64,000 nt of DNA from Octopus bimaculoides. Taxonomy: Eukaryota. The position numbers were made by a program, and so were the translations under genes. This document shows positions 1 to 48,330 of this stretch, piece by piece (the first letter of the stretch is position 1; each line of letters opens with the position of its first letter). Location: positions 355,574 through 419,573 of the forward strand of contig NC_069005.1 of NCBI RefSeq assembly GCF_001194135.2, read 5' to 3'. The notes beneath the pieces are model-generated. The model worked only from the letters and a program-made list of their open reading frames with translations. It ran no database searches and was not told the DNA's origin.

Positions 1-180
1 TGTGTGTGTGTTTCGTCAAATTCATTTTACAAAACAAAGAACATGTTTTATTTTATGTTTCATTTTTTTTTTTTTGTTTTTTAAATATGAACAAACAGAT
101 AAAAAACAAATGAGACAAATAGCTGTTATTAAAATCAAATACTGCTGGATGAAAAGCTTACCATATTAAGATTCATAGTT

Positions 181-227
<47 letters not shown>

Positions 228-263
228 AGGTGTGGGTGATAGTAATATTAACTGGAGTAGCAA

Positions 264-295
<32 letters not shown>
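181..295. repeat. (AAT)n and (AGT)n trinucleotide repeats downstream of the LIS1 stop
   Basis: Read directly. Confidence 0.95.
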
Positions 296-1533
296 ACAGT
301 TATGACTTGTATAATAATAATAATCTCTCACATTGATACAAAGCATTAGATTCTTTGGAGTGTGAAGTGAAGTTGTGATGCTCATTCATTCCGCAAAGTC
401 ACAGATTAATTAAGTTGAAGGTGGCTACAGGTGGAAATTGAAACAAGGTCACAAAACTCAGTTAACTGGGAGGTGGTGGTGGTGGTGGTGGGGAAGAGGG
501 AACTTACCTCTACTCTACAGAGCTCACCACAATAATAATAATAATAATAATCATAATAACTATGATGGTTTCTAGCTGGCCGACTACCAAACAGCCTGTG
601 GCAGCAGGGGCACAACAGTTTCAAACCACCCTTAATACATACATTACATACAGGGTACTTATTTTATGAACCCCAGGAGGGTTAAAGGCAAAGTAAAGCC
701 ATATGGTTTTTTTTTGTTTTTTGTCTTCAGGAGAAAGGGATATAACTAAATATCACAATAATATCTAATATAGGCATAGGGGCCAGATTAGAGGGAGAGG
801 AGAGGGATTAGTCAATTGAAATGACCCCAGTGCATGACTGGTACTTTATTCTATCGACCCTGGAAGGATGAAAGGCAAAGTTGACCTCGGCAGGATACCA
901 ATAAAAATAATATTTCAGGAATATTTTTATGGTGTTCTTTTATTTCATAGAATTTTTTTTTGTTTTTGTTTTTTTTGTTTCTTCTTTTTTATTATACATG
1001 TTCCATGCTAGTTCCAACTTTTCATTTAAACAAGAATTTTTTTTTTTGTTTGTTTTCTCTTTCAAACAGAACTCCTAAACAACTATAAAACAATTCTACA
1101 GAAGCACACAACAGGACTTTAAAAAATAATTTTAAAAAAAACACTTTAAAAATTGGGATGGAAAAATAGTAACAATAAAAATAATTGAAATAATAATAAT
1201 AATAATAATAGTAATAATAATAGTAATAATAATAATAATAATAATCATAATACAACTGCTGATATTCAAATGTTATCAAATCTACACATATGGTTCCAGC
1301 ACAAAAACCAGTTAATATATATNNNNNNNNNNNNNNNNNNNNNNNNNNNNNNNNNNNNNNNNNNNNNNNNNNNNNNNNNNNNNNNNNNNNNNNNNNNNNN
1401 NNNNNNNNNNNNNNNNNNNNNNNNNNNNNNNNNNNNNNNNNNNNNNNNNNNNNNNNNNNNNNNNNNNNNNNNNNNNNNNNNNNNNNNNNNNNNNNNNNNN
1501 NNNNNNNNNNNNNNNNNNNNNNNNNNNNNNNNN

Positions 1534-1574
<41 letters not shown>

Positions 1575-1787
1575 TATATATATATACTTCTGAATCTATA
1601 TGTGTTTCTTGCAGTAGTGTCACAATATTGCATGGTCTGCTGTTGTTAGCTTATTCAGTTGTTCACTCATTAGTCTGTTTATTCGTTCATTCATCAGTCA
1701 TGCCAACGTAACCAGCCGGCTAGTGGGTGACTTTCGCCAAAACACACCAAGACCATAAAAAAAAACTCCAAGTGCACACTTGCCACT

Positions 1788-37264
<35,477 letters not shown>

Positions 37265-37454
37265 GGTGTCGAAACAGTCAGCAAGATACACACCACTCGC
37301 AACTTTTCAATGCAAAAAAGCTTATCGCTCGTGTATGGAGTGTGTTTCAATTACAAGACGGAGAGAGGAGGGGGGGCTTGTTGACTTAGTTTAGCTTTAA
37401 TCCAAATAACATCCAAAACTTAACACTTTTGGTTAGGCCACATTCTCACGAAAT
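37265..37454 (-). other. PAFAH1B1: LIS1 5'UTR portion (190 nt) of the ATG-containing exon
   Basis: Strong acceptor ttctttttctattttatttcag| ending at 37455; contains two short uORFs. Confidence 0.7.
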
Positions 37455-38684
37455 CTGAAATAAAATAGAAAAAGAATTAAAAATTTTAAAACAAAATCAA
37501 AATTTAAATACTTATGAGAACACGCATATTTCTCAAATATCATCATTGCTTTAGCGTCCACTTTTGCATGCTGACATGGGTCAGATGGCATTTTTAGCCG
37601 TGGATTCTCTGCAGCCAGATGCCCTTCCTCTCACCAGCCTCCACTTGTTCCCAAAGCCAGACAGGTTTTCCACAGCAGATTGTAAACAACACTTGTCTAC
37701 AACTATTACGCAATATCAATAGGAACATACACAGAGGCTTCTTTCAATTTCTGTTGACCAAATCCAGTTAAAGTTTTGATTGGCCTAGGGCTGCAGAAAA
37801 GATACTTGCCCCTTAGGAAGCAAGCTTCTTATCCAAAAAGCCAAGCCTATGCCCACACATATGAGAATTTATATAAAGTAAACAAAACAAAATTCAGTAG
37901 TAAGCTGTCAGCATGTGTACAGAAATAGGATAAACAAAACAGAGATTTCAAAATGTTGCCAAAATAAATAATTTAAATTATCAACAAGATGGTAAAAACT
38001 TTTTTAAAATCGTAATTTGTTCAGAAACATTCTAAAAAAGATATTTTCTTCCCAATTCTATGCTTGCTCTCTCTCTCTCTCTCTCTCACAATTCTTTTAC
38101 ATTTATATTTTTGTTCTCCAAGTTCTCTCCTCTCACATCATCATTCAGTTTTCCCAGATTACTCTTCAAAATAAACTCAAATCAAACACAATAACCTTTG
38201 GTTTTTCTGCTCTTCAACACCAGACTGCATTCCACACTAAATCAGAATTTTAATACAATTCATCTTTAAAAACTTTTTTAAAGTACAAATTTATAAAATT
38301 GTTACAATTTGAATAAATTAGAAATGAAGGCCGGAAACACAGGAAAGGAAATGGGTTTAAATCCATCCAAGAAAGGAACAATAAAAGAGAAATATATGAA
38401 TAAACTGCAGTCTTGGTGCATTAGTTAGCATCTATTTTGCATTACAGAAATATTGGAACCATTATATGGTAAATTTTAATAAATGGAAAGAAAAAATGAA
38501 AGAAAGGACACTACAATATCCCAACTCTTGTCATTCTATAATTGCTCAAGTATCTGCTACCAGATTTAGTTTCATGTCAAAACAAAAACCTTCTATCAGT
38601 AAGCAATCATTTGATCTTGTGAATTAGACCGACACTGGGACAACTCCCTCTCACACAAATTGTTATCACAACTTTCAGAGTTCT

Positions 38685-39020
38685 ATTCTTTTACTCATTT
38701 CAGCCATTTGACTGCAGTCATGCTGGAGGACCACCTTAAGGGTTTTTAGTCAAACAAAGAACCCGTAATATAGCAGTTCGGCAAAATAGACCGATAGAAT
38801 AAGTACTAGGTCGATTTGTTCGACGGGAAGCAGTGCTCCAGCATGGCAGCAGTCAAATGACTGGACAGGCCCCTTTCAGTTTCTGTCTACCAAATCCACT
38901 CACAAGGCTTTGATCAGTCCGAGGCTATAGTAGAAAAAACTTGTCCAAGATGCCACGCAGTGGGACTGAACCCGGAACCATGTGGTTGGGAAGCAAGCTT
39001 CTTACCACACAGCCACTACT
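38685..39020 (-). mobile_element. tRNA-derived SINE, same family as 13780-14152
   Basis: Shared head and catttgactgc..catgctggag tail. Confidence 0.85.
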
Positions 39021-40670
39021 TTTGTATGGGTGAGTGCTCTTGGTTGCAGTCATTAACTTATGTGGCTCTTGAGAAGGGCATAAACACCATATCACTTTCT
39101 TTAGAGTATTTGATACAATCAAAAAGAAACCATTATTGTTTTTATTATTGCCTTCAACACAGACTGATGCAAGTTTTTTTTTTCAAACTGATCTCTCCCT
39201 CGCTGACCAAATTAAATCCTTACTGATAACGTAAACAGTTGTAGAGGTGTCACAGGGTCAATTACGTTTACAGACCGGTTTCAATCCTGGGGAGGAAAAA
39301 TATTCCACCAACGATCACACGCTAAACTTCTCTAATGGGAAGAAGAAGAAGACGGATACTAAAGTGTCATTAGGAACGTCAGCCTTCCCGACTTTCTTCC
39401 TCCTGACAGTCTGGAGATTTCGGAATATGGAAGAAATAACAGCTACATTACACAGAAATAATTCACTGAGCACTATACAGAAATATCTAATACATATATT
39501 GACAGAGTTATTAAATTAATGATATCGTTAATAAAACAAAAATCATCTCGTTATTCGTTTACAGAATTAAGATTGTCAAAGAACTAAAATTCAGCATCGC
39601 ACATAGAGAGGAAGAGAGAGAGAGAGAAAGAGCGGAAGATAGAGAGTGGGGGGGGCAGACGGAAGCAACAATGACGTTGGTGACACGTAATGAAGCTTAC
39701 AGCAAGTTGAAAAACAATTTAAGCGATTGATGCGAGTGGAAATGGTCCCTGACAGAAGGCATCGAGAAGGAAAGCAGAGGAAGAGAAGAAGATAGAAAAC
39801 AGGTAGAAGAGATGGAGACAAATGGTTGTCGGAGTGAACAAGAGACGCAGAGAAGTGGAGAGAGAGAGAGAGAGGAAGAAAGGAGCAATGGACAAAGACA
39901 AAAAATGGTAAAAGAGAGAAAGAATTTTTTTTAAATATTGATGGAATAAAAGACTATTCGAGAAAAACATGGTGTTGTTTGGAAGAAGAGTGAGAGATTA
40001 TTAAGATCGGCAGAGATTGAGTCGAAGACAGCAAAACAAAATATATATTCGGTGAGAAACATTATCAAGAGCGAGTCGAGACGATGATATTAGACCATTA
40101 TTAAACATTTTGTGTGAAAAATGTATAATTGCCAACGTTGGGAAAACTGTGTGTATATAGGTGTGTGTGTAATATACATATAGACACGACTGATAATATA
40201 GCTATATACACAGAGGCGGCCACATTAAATGATGATTCATCGAAATAACTCGGTTGTTTTTGCTTCCATCTGTAAGAAGAGGTGGATTGGTTTATAATAA
40301 ATGGTAAGAGAAGGAGAGAGAGAGAGAAACGGAGAATTGATATAAACAGAATGTTCACGAATGAGTCGACCTGCTAGACATAGCAGCCAAAACCTTTCTA
40401 CTATCTTAAAAAAAAAAGGATTAAGTTAGGGAGATAAACAATGCTTGGTCTCGTCTAGGTTTACTAGTTCAAGACTTGGGTGGGGCTTTGCAACAAATGT
40501 TGGACCTACATTTAACCAAGTATGTCATGTCACAACAACCAGACGGGGGTGTGTGTGTGTGTGTGTGTGTGTGTGTAAGTCAAAGACAGAAGACACGACT
40601 TCAATAATTTTGTTTCATTTTTTTTTTAGTTGAAACGAGCATTTTTTTAAATCACTGAAGTTTCACACAC

Positions 40671-40726
<56 letters not shown>

Positions 40727-41184
40727 GGTGAGATCTTAAGAAGAAGAAAAAAAACGGATTATATATCTAAGAATATATTATTTATGATTTGCAAAGGAAG
40801 CAGCTGACATCTGTGTCTCTCGCTTCCTTTTCGTCTGGTTTCAAAACATGAGCACCAAAAAAATAATAACAGTAATAAAAGGTATTCTATATATGTAGTG
40901 ATTATGGAATGAGAGGAGAAATCACATTGAAGTCTATTTGTTTTTGTTTTTTTCAGTGCAAAATTTCTCCATTTAAAAAGGTTTGACTTTGTGTCGCCTC
41001 TGACCATCGACATTGAATCGTTTGGTCGAGACGAGAGATAAAACAGGAAGATCTCCCTCAAACCACACCACACACACACATACAACATCTTATAAAATAA
41101 TAAAGGGACCTATTGGACGATGTAGTTGTAGGATGTTTAATGTCTGAAGCCAAGATGGGATGGTCACGGCCTGAACGCCTGTTC

Positions 41185-41221
<37 letters not shown>

Positions 41222-41317
41222 CGCCATTACGTGTCTGTTTGTCCCTTCTTTGGGCAGAAAAGACGAAGACAGATGCCAGAAATACTTGGAATAAAGAAAT
41301 TCTATCAGTGTACTCAC

Positions 41318-41420
41318 TTTAAGAAAATAAATAGCCATGGTAGTAAATATGTTGGAAGAGTTAATTAGATAATTGTTAACTAATTAAAGTTGGAACAAGA
41401 CAACTGCCACTGTCACAAAC
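41318..41420 (-). other. Candidate LIS1 first non-coding exon (upper boundary approximate)
   Basis: TTAAA|GTGAGTA donor at 41317, about 110 nt from the CRE/ETS motifs; no transcript evidence. Confidence 0.4.
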
Positions 41421-41426
41421 AACGGG

Positions 41427-41447
41427 TGACGTCAATGAACAGGAAGT
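41427..41447. promoter_or_regulatory. Perfect CRE palindrome (TGACGTCA, 41427-41434) plus ETS-type site (CAGGAAGT, 41440-41447); candidate core of a bidirectional promoter
   Basis: Motifs read directly; they lie in a locally CpG-richer segment upstream of LIS1. Confidence 0.5.
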
Positions 41448-42297
41448 CAGTGGCTACGAGCAAGAACGTTGCAAAGCAGCAGCAGCAGCAGCAGCAACGC
41501 TATAGCCCACTCGTAAATGAAGGTGAGTGCGGCGGCGGCGAAATGTGGTTGTATAACCCCCAGGTGAGAACTGAAGAAGCATGCTTATAATCAATGACAT
41601 TCCAGCCGTGACCATTCCATCTTTATTTCAAGTAATGTATTTGAGACTATGTTATCTCACTTGGTTAAAGATGACAGGGTATGATGAGGGAGATCGGCTA
41701 CTATTTCTAGCAAATCGAACAACCATGTAGAGGCAGTGTCAATGGTGGGACAGAAAGAGTGAGAGAGAGAATAAATATGTACAGCAAATGTTAAGTTTTT
41801 AGAGAGAACGAGAAAAGCGAGAAGCAGCAGTTTGTGTCACCTCGTAACTACCGACTTAAAACATCTCCACGTTACACAACTTTTGCTTAAGACAAGCAAA
41901 TATCACTCTTGTGTGTGTGTAGGGAGGCCAAAATTTTATGAAGTTTATTCGACAAGATTTACTTTTAAGTGGTATATCTCATTTCGCTGTGTGTATATTT
42001 ATACCTCACTGTGTATGTGTACGCTCACACATACCAGTCTAACTGTATTTCTCAGAACCAATAACCGTAATTATCGCCGTACTTTACCGAGGCACAGATC
42101 TACTCCCGTTCAATTTTTCATTAGTTTGAATTCTAGAGTTGTCTTTCTTGATAAGTTTTCGTCAGAACTACACTCACGTTAGTCACACCTTACACTTCTT
42201 AGATAAAACACACACTTCTGGTGAATACACAATTGCGTTTACACACACTTTATACATATATATATATATATACGATATATATATATATATACACACA

Positions 42298-42343
<46 letters not shown>

Positions 42344-43889
42344 GATATAAATATAGTTTTCTATCTTCAGTCGAGTTCCAGATTATCTTTGCAATTTCGG
42401 CTGGTTATATTCGAGAAGGAATTTGATGCTTAGCACCACTCAGTATCTATCGAGAAGGCTTGTGCTCAAAGGCACTCCAGCCGTAACCATCTCGTCTTTT
42501 TATATAATTTGACCTATATTTGTCTTATGTATCATTCATAAAAGACAACAGGTGTGATCTGAGGGGAGTTGGTTGCTAATTCTATCAGGTCGAGCGACTA
42601 CGTAGAAGCTCCCTACTTAAGTCATTTACGNNNNNNNNNNNNNNNNNNNNNNNNNNNNNNNNNNNNNNNNNNNNNNNNNNNNNNNNNNNNNNNNNNNNNN
42701 NNNNNNNNNNNNNNNNNNNNNNNNNNNNNNNNNNNNNNNNNNNNNNNNNNNNNNNNNNNNNNNNNNNNNNNNNNNNNNNNNNNNNNNNNNNNNNNNNNNN
42801 NNNNNNNNNNNNNNNNNNCTGTTGGTTGTTAGGAGAATCAGTCACCGAGAAGCAAACGTTTTGTGAATTGTTGATCATAAGGCGTTGTCAGGTTTTGTAA
42901 TACTACTACTACTACTACTACGCCATTTGTGCTTGCCAAGGAGAGGCCGAGGGCTCGGTCGAAGTTGTTCAACTTCTTTATACATTTCAAATGAAAAAAA
43001 AAAACATGGTATTTAGTAGTGATTGGCTTAAAACCATTGTTATATGTGCAGGGACAACACAAGGACGGGGTCACAAGCCTAGGACCCACTCGAAAAAAAC
43101 AGTACGATTTTTGATTCTATTTTTTATCGTCATCTAACTTTAAACGTGGGTTTAATGACGTTTAAGGGAGTCACGATCAAGAATTCAAAGGGAACACTAA
43201 TTAGGTCAAACCTTCCAATGTACTTTTACAAAAAAAAAAAAGCCTATTAGGTGTTTGGTCTCGAGAAAAATAAAGACGATTGTTTAGATTGAATCAGTCA
43301 GTCAATTACAAGGGGGTGAAAAATTATTTTTTTCCAAATATCTACGAATATGGTGGCACTTCCTGAACTGGAGAAAGATTGAATAGGTTGGCTAACTTCT
43401 ATATATATTACATACTACACCACAGATAGTGTTTTCTTGGGGTCTCGTTGCAGCAAAGGTTGCAAATGGTGGAATTGTGGTGGAATTTTTGACCAAAACG
43501 TTCGTGAAAAATGTTCCACTTTTTGTTTTTGTTCTTTTGTTCTTCACCAAATTCTGGCAGATTTTATTCTTTCCTGGGACAAATAGAGCAGTCACAGTAG
43601 GGACCAGCACAGAAATGGTATCCTTGTGTGTAGATTGATTTCTTCACGAGAACCGCCTATTCATTGCTAAGGGCCCTAGGCTCTAGTTTTCTTGAAATTC
43701 CAAATAAAGTATTAAAATAAAAATAAAAAAATTCATGTCAGCTTCTTCATTTCTGTAGGAAGCTTTCAGAAACCAAACTAGGGCGATTGCACTAAAGTGA
43801 AGAAGTCTCAAAGGGTTTTTTTTTTTTTTTGACGTATGTGATGAGAGGTGATCTTGGAAATAAAGAAATTCCTATTGTTGTCTTCGGTA

Positions 43890-44028
43890 ATCCTTCGGTA
43901 TTAATACACGAATCAACCACACAACCTTCCCTCATGACACAGATGATAAAAAAAAATGCTAAGCTGAAAAAGTGAATGAATGACGTCGTCTTTTCATACC
44001 AACGTTCTGAAGACCAATACCGAAGGAT
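43890..44028. mobile_element. About 140-bp inverted-repeat-bounded element, copy 1
   Basis: 13-bp perfect inverted ends ATCCTTCGGTATT / AATACCGAAGGAT; internal sequence similar to 63597-63737. Confidence 0.6.
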
Positions 44029-44512
44029 CGCCGTTATCGACATAAACATATCATCTGTGTGGTTATTCGAACCCTCATACATCGTCTAACGACGGGAGAG
44101 TCCATCTTATATATATTATATACAACTCTTTTTTCTTCCTCCTCCTCCTCCAACTGGAGTGTCCTTGTACCTCTTCTTCAGCAAGACACCCAGCTCCACC
44201 TCCCTATTATTCTTTTAACCTCTCGTCAACTGGCACAAAGGCATCTCTCTCAACACTACTCCTCCCCATCGAAAAGACTTTCTCTTGCAAATTGCTTGCT
44301 GACCCCGCTGGAGCTACGACAAAAAAGCACCCAGTACACACTGGAAAGTGGTCGGCGTTAGAAAGGGCATCTGGCTGTAGAAACCACGCCAAGGCAGACA
44401 ATTGAGCTTGACATGGCCTTCTGACTTGCCAGCCTCTGGTCAAACCATCCCACCCATGCCAGAATAGAAAACAGACGTTAAATGATGATTTATGTGTGTG
44501 CGTGTTTGTATA

Positions 44513-44720
44513 CAGTAATCCCTCGACTATCGTGGGTGTTACATTCCAAAAAACCCTGGAATAGGTGAGAATCCACAAAGGAGAAACAGTACTGTACTGT
44601 ATATTTTTTCTATTATTTATATAATTTATATACATTTATTTTATTATAAATGCAAAACACCACCACAGAAGAATCAACATAAGCTTAAATAATAAACCGC
44701 GATACGACGAGGGATTACTT
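44513..44720. mobile_element. Tc1/mariner-pogo-type MITE
   Basis: TA|CAGTAATCCCTCGACTATCG ... CGATACGACGAGGGATTACTT|TA: imperfect terminal inverted repeats and TA target duplication. Confidence 0.8.
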
Positions 44721-46684
44721 TATATATTGTAGATGTACAATCTGAGACGTGATGTTAAGACATGCGTTTGGTAGAGAGCCTCGGCTTAACTAGCTTAAAT
44801 TATGCTGAACTCAATTCGCCAGTCTTTCTTTTGCATGAGTCTAATGTAACAAGCTTATGTTTGTACTTTAATTTGCTTTTTTACACACACAATTCCTTTG
44901 AGACTGACCAAGAACTCAAAACCACAAGACCTAAAGCAAGTACCAATGTTACTGGTTCCATTAATAGCTTAAATGTATTTTTCAAAGCAATTAGTACCAC
45001 GCCAATTTGCCCGATATTTCCTCAACCACTTGGCACCAGCAGAGCAGAGCGAGATGTGTACATCCTTGATTCAGCGTTTCAACCACAAACATAAAACACC
45101 TTAGTAGGAAACACATGCAAGAACATCGTTAGTTAATACGGGGCCTCTCTGCATATTGACTACACAGAAACTGACATATATATGAGAGGAGGGGCTGTGA
45201 GAGCGAATGGTGTTAAGTCATTAATAAATAGTCGAGAGATAGTTTTAAAGCTGCCTGAACACTAATCAGATCTAATTCGTGCACGATTAATCCTGCTGAA
45301 CTTCTTCAGTGGTACATTGATGTTTCTACCTGGATTTCGAATCCTATGCTGATGATGATGATGATGATACCACTCTTGTATGGAAATGGGTGCAAGAGTT
45401 TGAATGCATGAAACGGCAAATACTGGAGCCTATGGTATGGGAAGGATGTGCATGCATTCATGGCTGATCGGATATGCTGAGTCAAACAGCTGAATGCTTG
45501 TGTGTATCTGCACTGTCTATATATGCAGGTCTATTAGACCGTTAAGCACATTTGTATAAGTAGGTGGAGAGAGAGAAAGTGCTCATATCTCCTTGACTGG
45601 GTTTCACGCAATAAGATAGAGTGTTCCCTGTCTATGCAAATGTTTGTATACAAACTGTCCAAAAGTCTGGTACATGTTACATGAACTTCAATTTCGTATT
45701 TGGGTTAGAAGCAACTTGATCCTTTCTAGAAAAGGGAGACATCAGACCCAGCAGTATCCTTGAGCATATATGCTCAATTTTAATCACTGACTCTTGAACA
45801 AAACAAAAACACTAGGGATAGGAGAGTAAAGAGATTTTGTGATGTTCATGCCTTTCTGAGTGTTAAGTGAATTTATATCAAGGGTGAATAAAACCCACAC
45901 CCACTAACCCTAGCTAAACAAGATTATACCAACTGGACTATGATGCTCACTATTTTATTATTCTAGCAATATAGTCTTCCATTTTAGCCATGAAAAAACA
46001 AGGCCATTAAACACAAGTGCTTTTCATACAAGAATTGCGAATGGAACTAAAACTGGATTCAACTTTAAATTGAATTTTCCAAATGAAATCTACCTCACTC
46101 AATATCAAAGCGTGTATTTCTGTCAAGATCGAGACAACGCCAATTTCACTTCACTTCCCCATTAATGCACCCAAGCCAACATTCAATTTGTTTCTTTTGT
46201 ACTGGTTTTAAAACAAAAACAAAAAGAAAACTATAAGCTCAACATTATGTTGATGGTAGAAGAGACATTGCATCTGGTTACATTATTTGGTTTTGTCTAT
46301 CTTGGTTCAAAAATCGTGTCAATGTTAAGTTTGTCTTTCATCCATGGAGAGTCTCAATTTTATTACTCTTCTAAGCGGGGGAAAAAAAAAAAGACTCAAG
46401 TGAAATAAATAAATTTTAAATAAAACCTTTAAAAGAACAGAAGCGAGCTGTGCATGACCACATTACCGACTGAAAGAAAAAGATATATAACAATTACGTT
46501 AATAGATTTCTCGTCATTTAAAATTGTTATTTTCCTGTCTGACTTAAGGTTTCATGTGTGAACATCTTAGAAAGGGAAAAATCTAAACCACAAAGTGCCA
46601 GAGAAATCACTAATTATCTGATGACAGAGAGACAGAAAAGAAAGGGTAGGTAGGGAGGAGTGCTCGGACAAAATATCATCAGTA

Positions 46685-46845
46685 GCAGACATGGTGCTGT
46701 GGTTTAAGAAATTTGGTTCTCAAACATGTGGTTTCAAGTTCAGTCCTACCGTGTGGTACCTAGCACAAGTGTCTTCTACTATAACCCCAGGCCAACCAAA
46801 ACTATGGGCAGATAGAAACTGAAAGAAGCCCATCATATGTGGATA
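46685..46845 (+). mobile_element. SINE head/core
   Basis: catggtgctgtggtttaagaa...ggtttcaagttcagtcc...gcacaagtgtcttctactataacc. Confidence 0.75.
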
Positions 46846-47999
46846 TTAAATGAGGATGAAATTGACTATATATAGGAGTTTTCTACAGATTAAATGTAAA
46901 AAGGGCTAAGGTCTAATATGTAATACAAGGAGTAAAAAAAAAAAACGATTTAGATTATCCAGGCAATCAGTGGACAAAAACTCATTAGCTTTAAAAAAAA
47001 AAAAATCCACTTCAATCTTCATTGCCTATCTGGTCCAAGAATAGACAATCAATAGATTTTAAACACCCACTTCAAGGAAGTTTTTGTCTCTTAATTGCTT
47101 GGATAGCCTTGACTGATTGAAATTTTTTGTTTTTTGTAATATCATTTATGGTCATTTTGAATTGTTAACTAGGGGGGGGGAGTATGGGGCCTGAGCAGCA
47201 GTATTCCAGAGGGATGGCACTTTGAAGTGGAAGAACTGAGAAAGTCTGGCTAAGAGGAAGAGAGGCTGGTTTCAAACTGAGCAGGAGGTTTAGTCAGCAA
47301 ATTCAAAGGCAATTGTAATAACATCAGAGGATTAAAGCAGATTAAGAATGAACAAGTGATTGAAACATGCTTGAATGAGGTGGTTGTAGTGTAGCCCCAG
47401 GCCAAACAGGATCAAGCCATCCTATGGCATGCAGACACATAGTTTGACAGTTACTGGACCGTTTTCTCAGTGATACCCAACGTTCCCCTCACCCCTGCTG
47501 CATGTACACTGATCAACAGGAAGTGATGGTTCAGACAAAGTTCAACAGCCTGGCAGTGTGAACATAGGAACCCTCTCCCTTCTACTCTCGAGACTAATCC
47601 TGAACACTGATCAATGGTGATGGTCATGGTAGCGGGGGGTGGGGGTGGGTAAATACATTCAAAGATGTTGTTCCTCTGCTGTAGTTGATGTTGCACACCC
47701 CAGGCCAGAAAGTCTGATGTTGCAAGGGATACGTTTCAAGGTTGCATAAGTCTCTGGATGTGTGGAGGTGGTTTTCCATCGCAGTGACACAAACTGTGTA
47801 GGCTTGGGTGGGGGTGGGGGGGCCTTGCTACAATATAACAAAAAGAAAAAGAAAAACTGTGCCCTTGCATTTTCTGGGTGGTGGTATCTTCATACTTCGC
47901 TTGTGTCAGCATGGTATGTATGCAGCCTGTGTTATGATGATGCAATGTTCTGGGTTTTGTTGTAGAGAGAAAGGAAATGGAGAGATGGATCAGACAGGC

Positions 48000-48330
48000 A
48001 GAGAGCTTAGAGTGGCCCCAGTGTCTTATATGCCATTGATGTCTCTTTCTTTTGAACAAATGAGATAGCTGTGAAAACGGTAGATGTGGTTCTGCCATCA
48101 TCAACTGCAGATCCTTTGTAGGGAAACAGTTGAAACTGTGGTAGGTGCACACTGTCAGGTAATTGATCCAATGAGAAGTGTGAGAAAGACTTAGGACCAG
48201 TTAAGGAGTCAGTAATGGTATTTCCTGGTCCCAAAGACCCGCTCTTTGACTGGAACCTTTCTTTCTTTTGCTGCAACATTTCAACCACAATTACACAATC
48301 ATAGTGGAGAATGGCGAACAGCATTGAAGC
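48000..48330 (-). mobile_element. Heavily decayed LINE reverse transcriptase remnant
   Basis: Frameshifted pieces KSGSLGPGN..SL, DDGRTTSTVFTAIS and WH...SKLSA loosely follow RT motif order; similarity judged by eye only. Confidence 0.35.

Noticed and set aside
41390-41590. 66-aa polyQ-containing ORF over the promoter
   Set aside because: Starts at TTG upstream of the CRE and reads through a strong donor; the polyQ is just a (CAG)n run.
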